Source of the DNA: an uncultured virus (IMG/VR IMGVR_UViG_3300006484_000009)
Lineage: Duplodnaviria; Heunggongvirae; Uroviricota; Caudoviricetes
Direction: 5' to 3' (one strand)
Virus record (IMG/VR): IMGVR_UViG_3300006484_000009
Length of the DNA: 20,000 nucleotides
The translations under genes and the position numbers were made by a program. Positions 8,605-17,545 of the stretch are shown here, in pieces. Numbering within the stretch: the first letter of the stretch is position 1; every line of letters begins with the position of its first letter. A model generated the notes under the pieces. It did not search any database and was not told where the DNA came from. It saw only the letters and a program-made list of their open reading frames with translations.

Positions 8605-8916
8605 ATGAGGAAGTTAAGACCACAGAAAAAGACGAATGGGAAGAGTTTGGTGACCATACCATCACTAGTTTCTGATAATATAATAAATAATCTGGTATTT
8701 AAATACCTGAAAAATGTTTATCCAATATTACGAATAAAAATAGATGGAAAGTTTAAAAGAGCTATAATGGTTAACAGTATTTGTTATTCAGTATCCCAAC
8801 ATAAAAATAGTTTTATCCCAACGATAGTTAACGACATATCTAGAACATTCGATTTAGAACATATCGATTCCAAATCAGTTGTATTCGATTACTTCAAATT
8901 TAAAACTTACCTGTAG
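8605..8916 (+). CDS. hypothetical protein
   Basis: 103-aa ORF with ATATTTAT at 8570-8577 upstream. Confidence 0.65.
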   Translation: MRKLRPQKKTNGKSLVTIPSLVSDNIINNLVFKYLKNVYPILRIKIDGKFKRAIMVNSICYSVSQHKNSFIPTIVNDISRTFDLEHIDSKSVVFDYFKFKTYL

Positions 8917-9049
8917 TGTTATAAAGGTATAAAGACCTTAAATAATATAGGAAGAATAAAATTCCAGCCATAAAGGAAAACGTTGTTTTAGCTGAATAGA
9001 TAACATATAATGATATTATTATCATCGTGTGGTAAAATAATTTGTTCAT
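8900..9049 (-). CDS. small membrane protein (49 aa, two hydrophobic segments)
   Basis: Not in ORF track. Manual translation MNKLFYHTMIIISLYVIYSAKTTFSFMAGILFFLYYLRSLYLYNTTGKF; ATG 2 nt after the lipoprotein stop. Confidence 0.6.
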   Translation of the reverse strand: MNKLFYHTMIIISLYVIYSAKTTFSFMAGILFFLYYLRSLYLYNTTGKF

Positions 9050-9051
9050 AA

Positions 9052-9627
9052 TCACCAAGATTCTATTTTTTTAAATTTTAACTCTGAAATGTATGTGTAA
9101 TTTTGGTTGTCTATTGACGTATAACCCTCTTGAATATAGAAATACACAGTCGAATCAGAATAGTCGCATATAGTGGCTGTAATTGGCCTAGAAGAACCAC
9201 CCATTTGCATATTAGCAGATGTTGATTGTGGATTTTCCATAATTGTCCAGTTATTATTAGTTACATAAAAACCATATGGGTTTTGAGTGTCACCATTCAA
9301 TACAAAATCACCATAACCTGGAACACTTGGTGGTTGATAAAAAGACCAAGTAGTTACATTAATCTCAATAGCTTCAATGTCAAATAATGAACCATCATAA
9401 TTTAAACTACTTGTGGTTTTACCTGGACCAAAATGGTCATATTTTGTTTTTTGACCAGTTTCCATGTTTTCAACGTACATAGAACCACCAACTAATACCC
9501 ATTTTCCATATATACCAATTTCTTGATTAACTTCAGTTGGTACTTGAGAGTTTGGTTGAATATCTTCCTTCTTACAAGAAGTTAAAACCAAAAATGATGC
9601 GATAATTAAATAAATTAAACTTTTCAT
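9052..9627 (-). CDS. Bacteroidota-type lipoprotein, lipocalin-like
   Basis: Lipobox LTSC followed by KKED (resembles the Bacteroidota lipoprotein export signal); IYGKWVL lipocalin-like GxW motif. Confidence 0.8.
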   Translation of the reverse strand: MKSLIYLIIASFLVLTSCKKEDIQPNSQVPTEVNQEIGIYGKWVLVGGSMYVENMETGQKTKYDHFGPGKTTSSLNYDGSLFDIEAIEINVTTWSFYQPPSVPGYGDFVLNGDTQNPYGFYVTNNNWTIMENPQSTSANMQMGGSSRPITATICDYSDSTVYFYIQEGYTSIDNQNYTYISELKFKKIESW

Positions 9628-9654
9628 ATTATGTATTTTTTAATGTTTATATTA

Positions 9655-9686
9655 CAAATATAAGTATAATTTATTAATCTACCAAA
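9655..9686 (-). promoter_or_regulatory. Bacteroidota primary-sigma promoter
   Basis: Minus strand TTTG-N20-TATATTTG. Confidence 0.85.
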
Positions 9687-9689
9687 TTT

Positions 9690-10133
9690 TTAATCTAAAT
9701 TTATTGATTCAATATCTGAAAACACTTCTTTAGTCTTTTCATTATCGTCAACAAAATTACCTAAATCATTTATTATTGTTAATAACACATTTATTTTATC
9801 CATATTTTTGTAGTATACTTTCTCTAAAGCATTATGCGTTGGTTCCCACTTATCATAATAAGTATCCTCATCAAATGATTTAAAATATTGCTCAAATTCA
9901 GCAGATATTTTTGAATTTTGAGCATCTAACGAATAAACCATATTATAAACAGGGTTAATTTCAACCTCACCATTTATTAGTTCAGCAACGTTAATAAAAC
10001 TAATACTATTATATGTCTTATTTAATTGATTTGTTATATTAACTAATCTACTATTATAATCAGCAATAGTATTTTCACCTTCCTTTAATAATTCCAGCAT
10101 CTTAAGTTGTGCTTCAGTAATAATAATCTTCAT
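9690..10133 (-). CDS. hypothetical helical protein with KIIITEAQL leader
   Basis: N-terminus MKIIITEAQLKMLELLKE; ATATTTAT at 10149-10156. Confidence 0.8.
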   Translation of the reverse strand: MKIIITEAQLKMLELLKEGENTIADYNSRLVNITNQLNKTYNSISFINVAELINGEVEINPVYNMVYSLDAQNSKISAEFEQYFKSFDEDTYYDKWEPTHNALEKVYYKNMDKINVLLTIINDLGNFVDDNEKTKEVFSDIESINLD

Positions 10134-10148
10134 AAAAATATTTTATTG

Positions 10149-10156
10149 ATAAATAT
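10149..10156 (-). promoter_or_regulatory. putative late promoter ATATTTAT
   Basis: TGATATTTATC 15 nt upstream of ATG 10133. Confidence 0.55.
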
Positions 10157-10180
10157 CAAGCAATTATCATATGTTTAAAT

Positions 10181-10669
10181 TTATTTTGTTAAACTTTTAG
10201 GAATCACCCTAACCTTAAAATATTTTTTAAATTGATATCTAGGTATTAAATACCCTTTTGTATTACTACCTAAATCACCACTATCATTGTGCACTTTAAA
10301 TTCATTTTCAGAAATTAACTCACGTAACTTGTCTGATTTAATATACCACATCTCACGAAAGTGCTTAAAATATGTTACAAACCATTCAGCTTTTGTTACA
10401 GTAATACCACTATCCTTACCCCTAGATGCAAATTCAATGAATATATTACCAGTATCAAAATCAGGTCTACAAAATACATCAGTTTTAATTTCATAACTAA
10501 CTAATTTATAAGTTGATGAGCCCCTAATGGGCATTTTCATTATTAAATCATGTGAATTATCTTTATTATCTTCAACAAACTCACCACCAACTGATTCCAA
10601 GTCTAATCTAACTCGATATTCACCTTCTTCACCCAGTTCAATATCTTTTTCAAAATTATAATTTGCCAT
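10181..10669 (-). CDS. PD-(D/E)XK restriction-endonuclease-fold protein
   Basis: GEEGE helix, HDLI, YEIKTD, TGNIFIE, SGI..TKAEW pattern common in phage REase-like proteins. Confidence 0.65.
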   Translation of the reverse strand: MANYNFEKDIELGEEGEYRVRLDLESVGGEFVEDNKDNSHDLIMKMPIRGSSTYKLVSYEIKTDVFCRPDFDTGNIFIEFASRGKDSGITVTKAEWFVTYFKHFREMWYIKSDKLRELISENEFKVHNDSGDLGSNTKGYLIPRYQFKKYFKVRVIPKSLTK

Positions 10670-10674
10670 AAATG

Positions 10675-10706
10675 CAAAGATATGTGAATTTTATTAATAA
10701 AGCAAA
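10675..10706 (-). promoter_or_regulatory. Bacteroidota primary-sigma promoter (probably leaderless mRNA)
   Basis: Minus strand TTTG-N20-TATCTTTG, only 5 nt before the ATG. Confidence 0.8.
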
Positions 10707-10713
10707 TATTTAT
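10706..10713 (+). promoter_or_regulatory. putative late promoter ATATTTAT
   Basis: 9 nt before ATG 10723; overlaps the -33 box of the divergent promoter. Confidence 0.55.
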
Positions 10714-10722
10714 TGATGTATT

Positions 10723-11478
10723 ATGAAAGATTTTATTCAAAATAGATTAAGAATATTAATAGAAGATGTATCTGATAGAGATAGTGACTTAAATGTACCA
10801 CCAATTATTAAATATGGTGGCCCTTCCCATGGGTATGAAGCTGAAGATATATATTTTATGTTAAATGCTGCAACTCAACTAGCTAATCAAATGCCACCAG
10901 AAACTATAGCAATTACATATGGTAATGGTGGATATGAATATATGCTATCACAAACCAGAGATGGTAATTTTATATTTAGAGGTAAACCAACAACAAAATA
11001 TTTTGAACCTGGTGATTTTAAATTATCAGATAATGGTAAAACATTATACATGTATACTATGGCATGTTCAAAATATTCAGATACACCATGTACAACAATA
11101 TACAATCCAATGGTTGATTCAAAAATAAAAGTATTAGTTGACCCAAGTATGAAACAAGCTATTATTGATTTCGTTAAAGGCGGTTCTAGTTATTTAGATG
11201 ATAAAGGTGTTGAAATACAAGCAGCTAAAATGTCACCAGATGAATTAGAAAGATTAGCTGGTAAAGAAGATTTATATGCAAAACGAGGTCAACAACAAAA
11301 AAGCTTCGATGATACTGAACTTGAACTTAGGGAAAAACTGAATGATTTGAAACTAGCTAGACTAAATTCAAAAGACCAATCAGAAGTTAAAAAAATTAGA
11401 GGTATTGAAGGTCAGTTAATGGTTCAATTAAAAGCAATTGAAAAAGAAAAAAATAAAAGAAGAAGCAGTAATATATGA
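10723..11478 (+). CDS. hypothetical protein with MKDFIQNRLRILIE leader and C-terminal coiled coil
   Basis: 251-aa ORF; ATGA overlap with the next gene. Confidence 0.8.
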   Translation: MKDFIQNRLRILIEDVSDRDSDLNVPPIIKYGGPSHGYEAEDIYFMLNAATQLANQMPPETIAITYGNGGYEYMLSQTRDGNFIFRGKPTTKYFEPGDFKLSDNGKTLYMYTMACSKYSDTPCTTIYNPMVDSKIKVLVDPSMKQAIIDFVKGGSSYLDDKGVEIQAAKMSPDELERLAGKEDLYAKRGQQQKSFDDTELELREKLNDLKLARLNSKDQSEVKKIRGIEGQLMVQLKAIEKEKNKRRSSNI

Positions 11479-11873
11479 AATCATTTATAAAACAATTACT
11501 TAATGAAGAATTTGAAACAATGCCAAAAAAAGCAATTGTCCAAAAATTCATGGATTTTGTTATTGACCATCTAGGTATTAATGATAAGGTAAATGCTATT
11601 CTAACAAATGAAAAAGATGGTATCAAAACTACCGCAGTTTACGATAGTTCAGATGGTTCCATAAAAATCTATATTAAAAATAGAGCAATTGTTGATATAT
11701 TAAGGTCACTAGCACATGAAATGGTTCACCATAAACAAAGACAACGTGGTGACCTTGAAAATAACCCAACAGCTGGTGATGACGGTTCGCCAGAAGAAAA
11801 TGAAGCAAACGCTAAAGCTGGTGAATTAATTAGAATATTTGGTAAACAAAATCCTGAAATTTACGAATCTTAA
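11475..11873 (+). CDS. zincin-like metallopeptidase (HExxH) with MKSFIKQLLNE leader
   Basis: ILRSLAHEMVHHKQ plus downstream EENEANAKAG helix. Confidence 0.8.
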   Translation: MKSFIKQLLNEEFETMPKKAIVQKFMDFVIDHLGINDKVNAILTNEKDGIKTTAVYDSSDGSIKIYIKNRAIVDILRSLAHEMVHHKQRQRGDLENNPTAGDDGSPEENEANAKAGELIRIFGKQNPEIYES

Positions 11874-13015
11874 AAGATATCATTTAAATTAAAAATGTCA
11901 TCTAACATTACACTATTAGATAGTTCACCTAAATCTTTATATACACTCTTATTACATTTATCTAGTTCAGATATTACTAAATCATACAACTCTTTAGGTG
12001 CTTCACAATTTTTATAACCCCTAAATTGTCCTATAATTAACTCTAAATTACCCTTAACCCACTTGTGTCTTAATTCTAACGTGTAACCATCGATATGATA
12101 TATAGCACAGCTACCGTTTTCAACCTTACTTATGTATGTGGCAACACAATGGTTATTAACCCTACCTTCATGAGCCATTTCTTTAGATGTTTTTAAAATT
12201 TTAAATCCACTTTTTTCTGAAAAATCCAAATATTTCTCAGAAATGCTAAGCTCCCTATCACCATCAATAAAAACAACATCAGTTATCTCCCTGGCCCAAG
12301 TATCATGCTCTAATTTCAAACGCTTTGCTGACCAAGAACAATTAACTTTCTTATTTAATGTTTTGGCCATTTTAACTGTATCGTAAAATAACCCAAAATC
12401 ATATTTAGGTAATGTGTTATGTAAGTTATCAATATTAATCATATATTCAACGTAAAATCTTAAATAAATTACACGACTATCACTTTTAGTCAACTCATAT
12501 AAAATTTTAGCACAAGGTAATGGAACTTTATACTGATATCTTAGTGCTTTATCAAGTGAAAATAGTTTTTTACTATATATAGTACTTAATGAAGTGCTAT
12601 GAATAACATTATGTTCAGTTAAATACCTAAGCCATGGTAATCGCTTAATCATTTCGGTTATTACAATATTACTATTTTGACAACTTAATAGATTTGCGAA
12701 AACTAAAGGTTTTATATTCTTACCACTTTTGTAATAAAACTTATTAGCCCTTTTCATAATAGAAAATTCACGACTTTCTCTATTATACATTTTATCAGTT
12801 TTACTAATACCATACTTCCTTACAAATTGTACAATATCAAAATCACCATTTGGTTCATCAAAAACTACTAATCTGGTACTTTTAAAAATATGTGAATCGT
12901 CATTCATATAGTAAACCCTAGCCTTAAATTTATCCTTCGCATAAATCCTAAACAATGTATCAACAACTGGTGATTGATGCGAATATAATTCTGTATAAAC
13001 AAATTCTTTACTCAT
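11870..13015 (-). CDS. PcfJ-like domain protein
   Basis: C-terminal LKLEHD, EMAHEGRVNNHCVATY, YTLEL, QFRGYKN motifs. Confidence 0.8.
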   Translation of the reverse strand: MSKEFVYTELYSHQSPVVDTLFRIYAKDKFKARVYYMNDDSHIFKSTRLVVFDEPNGDFDIVQFVRKYGISKTDKMYNRESREFSIMKRANKFYYKSGKNIKPLVFANLLSCQNSNIVITEMIKRLPWLRYLTEHNVIHSTSLSTIYSKKLFSLDKALRYQYKVPLPCAKILYELTKSDSRVIYLRFYVEYMINIDNLHNTLPKYDFGLFYDTVKMAKTLNKKVNCSWSAKRLKLEHDTWAREITDVVFIDGDRELSISEKYLDFSEKSGFKILKTSKEMAHEGRVNNHCVATYISKVENGSCAIYHIDGYTLELRHKWVKGNLELIIGQFRGYKNCEAPKELYDLVISELDKCNKSVYKDLGELSNSVMLDDIFNLNDIF

Positions 13016-13035
13016 AATAATAATTTTTAGTCTTG

Positions 13036-13066
13036 CAAATATACAAATAATTTATTCATAAACAAA
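13036..13066 (-). promoter_or_regulatory. Bacteroidota primary-sigma promoter
   Basis: Minus strand TTTG-N19-TATATTTG. Confidence 0.8.
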
Positions 13067-13081
13067 ATTATTTTTATTTTT

Positions 13082-13113
13082 TTTGCATAATTGAAAAATA
13101 AATACTATATTTG
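13082..13113 (+). promoter_or_regulatory. Bacteroidota primary-sigma promoter for the NAD operon
   Basis: TTTG-N20-TATATTTG; divergent from the 13036-13066 promoter. Confidence 0.85.
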
Positions 13114-13131
13114 TATCCTAAATTAAATGTT

Positions 13132-13389
13132 ATGCCAGATTTTTATGTAGATAGTCTTGATATAAGCCCATCAGATTTTATCGAGGAGTGCTCAAGTAGT
13201 GAAATTACCCAATTAATTGAAATATTAATTGAAGACGGTTATATTGATACTAAAACAGTTATCAAAGGTGATAACCAAAACCCTGATGATGAATTATTTG
13301 CACAATCATTACTCAAAATATCAGAATATAAATACCGATTAACTAATGAGGAAGAAGAACTTATTAATAAAATTGCAAATAGACTATGA
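13132..13389 (+). CDS. acidic hypothetical protein
   Basis: Start reassigned to ATG 13132 (the TTG at 13111 lies inside the -7 box); ATGA overlap with the next gene. Confidence 0.75.
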   Translation: MPDFYVDSLDISPSDFIEECSSSEITQLIEILIEDGYIDTKTVIKGDNQNPDDELFAQSLLKISEYKYRLTNEEEELINKIANRL

Positions 13390-13733
13390 AAATATCATTT
13401 GACTTTGATTCAACCCTTACTGAGGAAAACAATCAGAAATTAGCAAAGAAATTTATTGATGATGGTCATGAAGTGTGGATTACAACATCCAGATTATCAT
13501 CAGACCATGGTAGGTCAAAAGGGTGGCCATGGATTATCACCCAAAATGATAAATTATTTGCAATTGCTAAAGACTTAGGAATTCCAGAAGATAAAATTAA
13601 ATTCACAGAAGGTGATGATAAATGGAAATCTTTATATACCTTTGACATTCACTTTGATGATGATGATGTGGAAATTGAACTAATCAATGAAAACCTACCT
13701 GATTGTTGTGGTATATTATTGTATAAAAAATAA
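13386..13733 (+). CDS. HAD-superfamily phosphatase (capless, small)
   Basis: Motif I FDFDSTL, motif II ITTSR, a conserved-position Lys, motif IV HFDDD. Confidence 0.85.
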   Translation: MKISFDFDSTLTEENNQKLAKKFIDDGHEVWITTSRLSSDHGRSKGWPWIITQNDKLFAIAKDLGIPEDKIKFTEGDDKWKSLYTFDIHFDDDDVEIELINENLPDCCGILLYKK

Positions 13734-13740
13734 ATTAACT

Positions 13741-13953
13741 ATGAGGGATACAAAATATAAAACAATAACGATTACGGTGGAATTATCTGAATTTGCGTAT
13801 ACACATAGGCATGAAATCGATGAATTAACTACAAGATTAATTAGAGAGACTAGTAGAAAAATAAATAGAACTATCAAATCACATAATAGATTTAAAGATT
13901 ATAAAATTAATGCTGATAGTATAACAATTAAAACATTTCCAAATAATATATAG
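13741..13953 (+). CDS. hypothetical protein
   Basis: Probable start ATG 13741 (MRDTKY) after the HAD stop; ends 1 nt before the PRS-like gene. Confidence 0.65.
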   Translation: MRDTKYKTITITVELSEFAYTHRHEIDELTTRLIRETSRKINRTIKSHNRFKDYKINADSITIKTFPNNI

Positions 13954-13954
13954 T

Positions 13955-14821
13955 ATGTTAGAATTAAATTTAGTAAATCAAGAAGCAAGTGATATTAAAT
14001 ATAAAATATCCAAATTCCCAGATGGTCAACAAGATGTTACCATCATAAACTTAGGTATCACAAATGAAGTTATGATTAAATCAGAATTCAATAACTTTAA
14101 AGATTTGGAGTTAATCTTATGTGCAACAAAAGCACTTAAAAATATGCAAGTTGAAAGAATTCACTTATATATCCCATATATTCTTGGGGCTAGAAGTGAT
14201 AGACAATTTGTTCATGGTGGCACATCCTACTTAAGAGATATAATCGCACCAATATTAAATGCTCAAAATTATATAACAGTTACATGCATAGATGCACATA
14301 GTGATGTTGCAGCAGCTTGTATCAATAATTTAACAGTTAATGATAATTCTTGGTTCGTTAAAACAGCATTAAATAAAAATGGTAAAAATATTAATGAATT
14401 TACATTAGTATCACCAGATGCTGGAGCCCTTAAAAAAATCTATAATTTAGGTGAAAAATTAGATTATAAAAAAGAGATGTTAATAGCATCTAAACATAGG
14501 GATATTGAAAGTGGTCAAATCATTAGTACATATGTACCACTTAAAGCTGGTGAACACACACATAATAATTTCTTAATCGTTGACGATATCTGTGACGGTG
14601 GTAGAACATTTATTGAAATTGCAAAAGCAATCCACGAAATGAGACCAGATGCTAAAGTATCACTAGCAGTAACACATGGCATCTTCTCAAAAAACCTTTT
14701 GGAATTAAGTCACCATATTGAACATATCTATTGTACAGACTCAGTTAAAGAGATTAATGTTGATTCATATTCTGACTATACTGTTGATAATAGTTTCATG
14801 ACTCAAATTAACGTATATTAA
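13955..14821 (+). CDS. ribose-phosphate pyrophosphokinase-like protein, probable ADPR-PP synthetase (Adps, NARP1)
   Basis: KFPDGQ, PYILGARSDR, IDAHS, VSPDAGA, IVDDICDGGRTF, VTHGIFS; operonic with a NAMPT homolog. Confidence 0.88.
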   Translation: MLELNLVNQEASDIKYKISKFPDGQQDVTIINLGITNEVMIKSEFNNFKDLELILCATKALKNMQVERIHLYIPYILGARSDRQFVHGGTSYLRDIIAPILNAQNYITVTCIDAHSDVAAACINNLTVNDNSWFVKTALNKNGKNINEFTLVSPDAGALKKIYNLGEKLDYKKEMLIASKHRDIESGQIISTYVPLKAGEHTHNNFLIVDDICDGGRTFIEIAKAIHEMRPDAKVSLAVTHGIFSKNLLELSHHIEHIYCTDSVKEINVDSYSDYTVDNSFMTQINVY

Positions 14822-14822
14822 T

Positions 14823-15302
14823 ATGAAGGAAATTAAACCACCACACTCAATAATGAAAAACTCAGAAAAAAATTATACAAAGATTTTTTTAGCTGGGACT
14901 ATTGAGATGGGTAATTCTGAAGATTGGCAAACCAAAATATCGGAACTGTTATCCGATAAACCCTTCACAATACTAAACCCAAGACGTGTTGATTGGGACT
15001 CATCATGGTCTCAAGAATTTGAGAACCCACAGTTCTACCAACAAGTTACCTGGGAATTAAATGCCCTAGATAAAGCTGATATTATTATCTTATACCTATT
15101 GCCAGACTCAAAATCACCAATATCATTACTAGAACTAGGCCTATATGCCGCTAGTGGTAAATTATTAGTGTGTTGCCCTAAAGGATTCTGGAGAAAAGGT
15201 AATGTAGACATCGTTTGTGAACGATTTAATATACCAATTTACGATAATATCGGCGAATTGTTGCATAATAACTTTTTTATTACTAACTTTGAAGAAAAAT
15301 AA
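14823..15302 (+). CDS. nucleoside 2-deoxyribosyltransferase-like protein
   Basis: IFLAGTIEMG, WQ, ILNPRR..WD, QVTWEL.ALDKAD, SPISLLELGL. Confidence 0.85.
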   Translation: MKEIKPPHSIMKNSEKNYTKIFLAGTIEMGNSEDWQTKISELLSDKPFTILNPRRVDWDSSWSQEFENPQFYQQVTWELNALDKADIIILYLLPDSKSPISLLELGLYAASGKLLVCCPKGFWRKGNVDIVCERFNIPIYDNIGELLHNNFFITNFEEK

Positions 15303-15308
15303 ATAAAT

Positions 15309-16817
15309 ATGAGAATTAATCCTTTATTACTTACTGATGGGTATAAAACTGCACATCATAATATGTACCCAAAAGGTACAACACTAGTTTATTCAAACTT
15401 TACACCAAGAACCAATAAATACGCACCAAAAGGTTGTGACCAAGTTATGTCATTTGGTCAACAAATGATTATGAAAATTATCCATGAAGCATTTCAAGAT
15501 GATTTCTTCTCACAACCAAAAGATGTGGTATGCGGTGAAATGAAACGTGAATTATCAATGTATTTAAATACAGATTATGATGTATCACACTTTGAAGACC
15601 TTTGGGACTTGCAATACTTACCAATTAATGTAAAATCAATCGAAGAAGGTACTTTAGTGGGTATTAAAATTCCAGTATTGACAATTTATAATACACATCC
15701 AGATTTTTATTGGATTACAAATTACTTGGAAACAATAATATCAAATCTATTGTGGAAACCAATAACTTCAGCATCAATTGCACATACATACCGTAAAGTG
15801 TTAACCAAATGGCAAGAAAAAACCGATTCTGAAAAATCATGGTTCATTGATTGGCAAGGACACGATTTCTCAATGAGAGGTATGGACTCAATCGATGCAA
15901 CAATCTCATCTGGCCTTGGACACCTAACATCATTCTCAGGTTCCGATAGCTTACCAGCAATCTATGGTGCAAGAAAATACTATAATGAAACTGGATTTAT
16001 CTCTGGCTCAGTTAATGCAACAGAACACTCCGTAATGTGCGCTGGAACTAAAGATGATGAAATTGGAACATTCCGCAACCTTATGGAAACTTACCCAACT
16101 GGTATCCTATCTATAGTATCAGATACTTGGGACTTGTGGAAAGTATGTACAGAACATATTGTTACTTTAAAAGAAGAAATTTTGGCTCGTGACGGTAAAT
16201 TAGTTATTCGTCCTGACTCTGGTGACCCAGTGGATATTCTTTGTGGTTGGGGCATACCTAATCAAACGTATAGTTTTACACCAGGTGAAAAAGTAGACCC
16301 AGCATTTAAAGGAGTTATCGAATTGCTTTGGGATGTATTCGGTGGAACAATCAACGAACAAGGTTATAAAGTTCTTGACCCACACATTGGTGCAATCTAT
16401 GGTGATTCAATCACAATCGATAGAGCAGATGAAATCTGTGCTAGATTAGAAGCAAAAGGTTTCGCATCAACAAACGTAGTATTAGGTATCGGTTCATTCA
16501 CTTATCAATACAACACTAGAGATACTTTCGGATTTGCAATGAAAGCAACATACGTTGAAGTTAATAAACCTAAGTTTGATGGTGACTTTAACCCTGAAGG
16601 TAGAGAAATCTTCAAAGACCCAATCACAGATGATGGAACCAAGAAATCAGCAACTGGATTATTGTACGTTACAAAAATATTGAATGAGTATTTTTTAGTT
16701 GATAGAGTAACTTGGGGCGAAGAAGAAGGTGGTGAATTACAAACAATCTACAAAGATGGTGAATTCTTAAATCAAACAACACTTACCGAAATTAGAAATA
16801 GAACCAAAAACTTATGA
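15309..16817 (+). CDS. nicotinamide phosphoribosyltransferase-like protein (NadV/NAMPT family; probable Namat of NARP1)
   Basis: LTDGYKTAH, HDFSMRG, ATEHSVM, SIVSDTWD, IRPDSGDP, IYGDSI, TRDTFGFAMKAT, KDPITDDGTKKSA. Confidence 0.92.
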   Translation: MRINPLLLTDGYKTAHHNMYPKGTTLVYSNFTPRTNKYAPKGCDQVMSFGQQMIMKIIHEAFQDDFFSQPKDVVCGEMKRELSMYLNTDYDVSHFEDLWDLQYLPINVKSIEEGTLVGIKIPVLTIYNTHPDFYWITNYLETIISNLLWKPITSASIAHTYRKVLTKWQEKTDSEKSWFIDWQGHDFSMRGMDSIDATISSGLGHLTSFSGSDSLPAIYGARKYYNETGFISGSVNATEHSVMCAGTKDDEIGTFRNLMETYPTGILSIVSDTWDLWKVCTEHIVTLKEEILARDGKLVIRPDSGDPVDILCGWGIPNQTYSFTPGEKVDPAFKGVIELLWDVFGGTINEQGYKVLDPHIGAIYGDSITIDRADEICARLEAKGFASTNVVLGIGSFTYQYNTRDTFGFAMKATYVEVNKPKFDGDFNPEGREIFKDPITDDGTKKSATGLLYVTKILNEYFLVDRVTWGEEEGGELQTIYKDGEFLNQTTLTEIRNRTKNL

Positions 16818-17008
16818 AAAAATATTATCTACAAGTGATAGGTGGTGGTGTATATAAGTATGAAGTTTATGCAACATCATTTCACACACAAACAGCTGGC
16901 TCAACATCATTAGGGTATTATGCATTTTATGATGGTAAGAGCTTGGTGGCATGCTACCCAATTGATAGAACACTAATTGTAAGAATAGATGAAGACGCTG
17001 AAGTTTAA
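16814..17008 (+). CDS. hypothetical protein (64 aa)
   Basis: ATGA overlap with the NAMPT-like stop. Confidence 0.7.
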   Translation: MKKYYLQVIGGGVYKYEVYATSFHTQTAGSTSLGYYAFYDGKSLVACYPIDRTLIVRIDEDAEV

Positions 17009-17333
17009 TAAAGAAAATGATAACCGTTGGTATGTGGACCTCCCAGAATGGGAAGGTCCCAAAGCCGACCTGGAAATGGTTAGCGGTGCTGACACCATGC
17101 TAGATATTATCGCACAAGGTGAAGGTACAACAACACTATACATGGACACCGAATATCATGACGGTTTCGAAACACTACAGCTAAATAGATTAGCAACCGA
17201 ATTAGGTAATGGTGCATACTACACAATGGAAAAATATCAAGGGATTGACTTTGACCTGGAAATGTGGCTATGCGATGTAACCAAATTTGTATTTGATGAA
17301 TTCCCAACTAAAATATATTTTGTAAAATTATGA
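16989..17333 (+). CDS. conserved hypothetical protein (resembles DUF6717)
   Basis: WYVDLPEW, EMVSGADTMLD, GAYY, MWLCDVT..VF..FP..IY; family name recalled from memory. Confidence 0.65.
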   Translation: MKTLKFNKENDNRWYVDLPEWEGPKADLEMVSGADTMLDIIAQGEGTTTLYMDTEYHDGFETLQLNRLATELGNGAYYTMEKYQGIDFDLEMWLCDVTKFVFDEFPTKIYFVKL

Positions 17334-17530
17334 AAGATTTAATAGAAGCACTTACAATATTCCTTAAATATAAGGATGAAGAACGACCAACACACTGCGA
17401 ACATGATACCCTATATATTATGGGTGTCGAAGAAGATGAAGTGTCAGAAGAAGATAAAAAAAGACTAGATGAACTTGGATTTTACTTTGGTGATGATTGC
17501 TGGGTATCATATAAATACGGCTCAGCCTAA
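17330..17530 (+). CDS. small acidic phage protein
   Basis: LIEALTIFLKY..PTHCEHD.LYI..VSEED..RLDELGF; ATGA overlap with the previous gene. Confidence 0.75.
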   Translation: MKDLIEALTIFLKYKDEERPTHCEHDTLYIMGVEEDEVSEEDKKRLDELGFYFGDDCWVSYKYGSA

Positions 17531-17545
17531 ACTAAAATAAAAATT

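Noticed and set aside
13111..13131. TTG start at 13111
   Set aside because: Lies inside the -7 promoter box; ATG 13132 preferred
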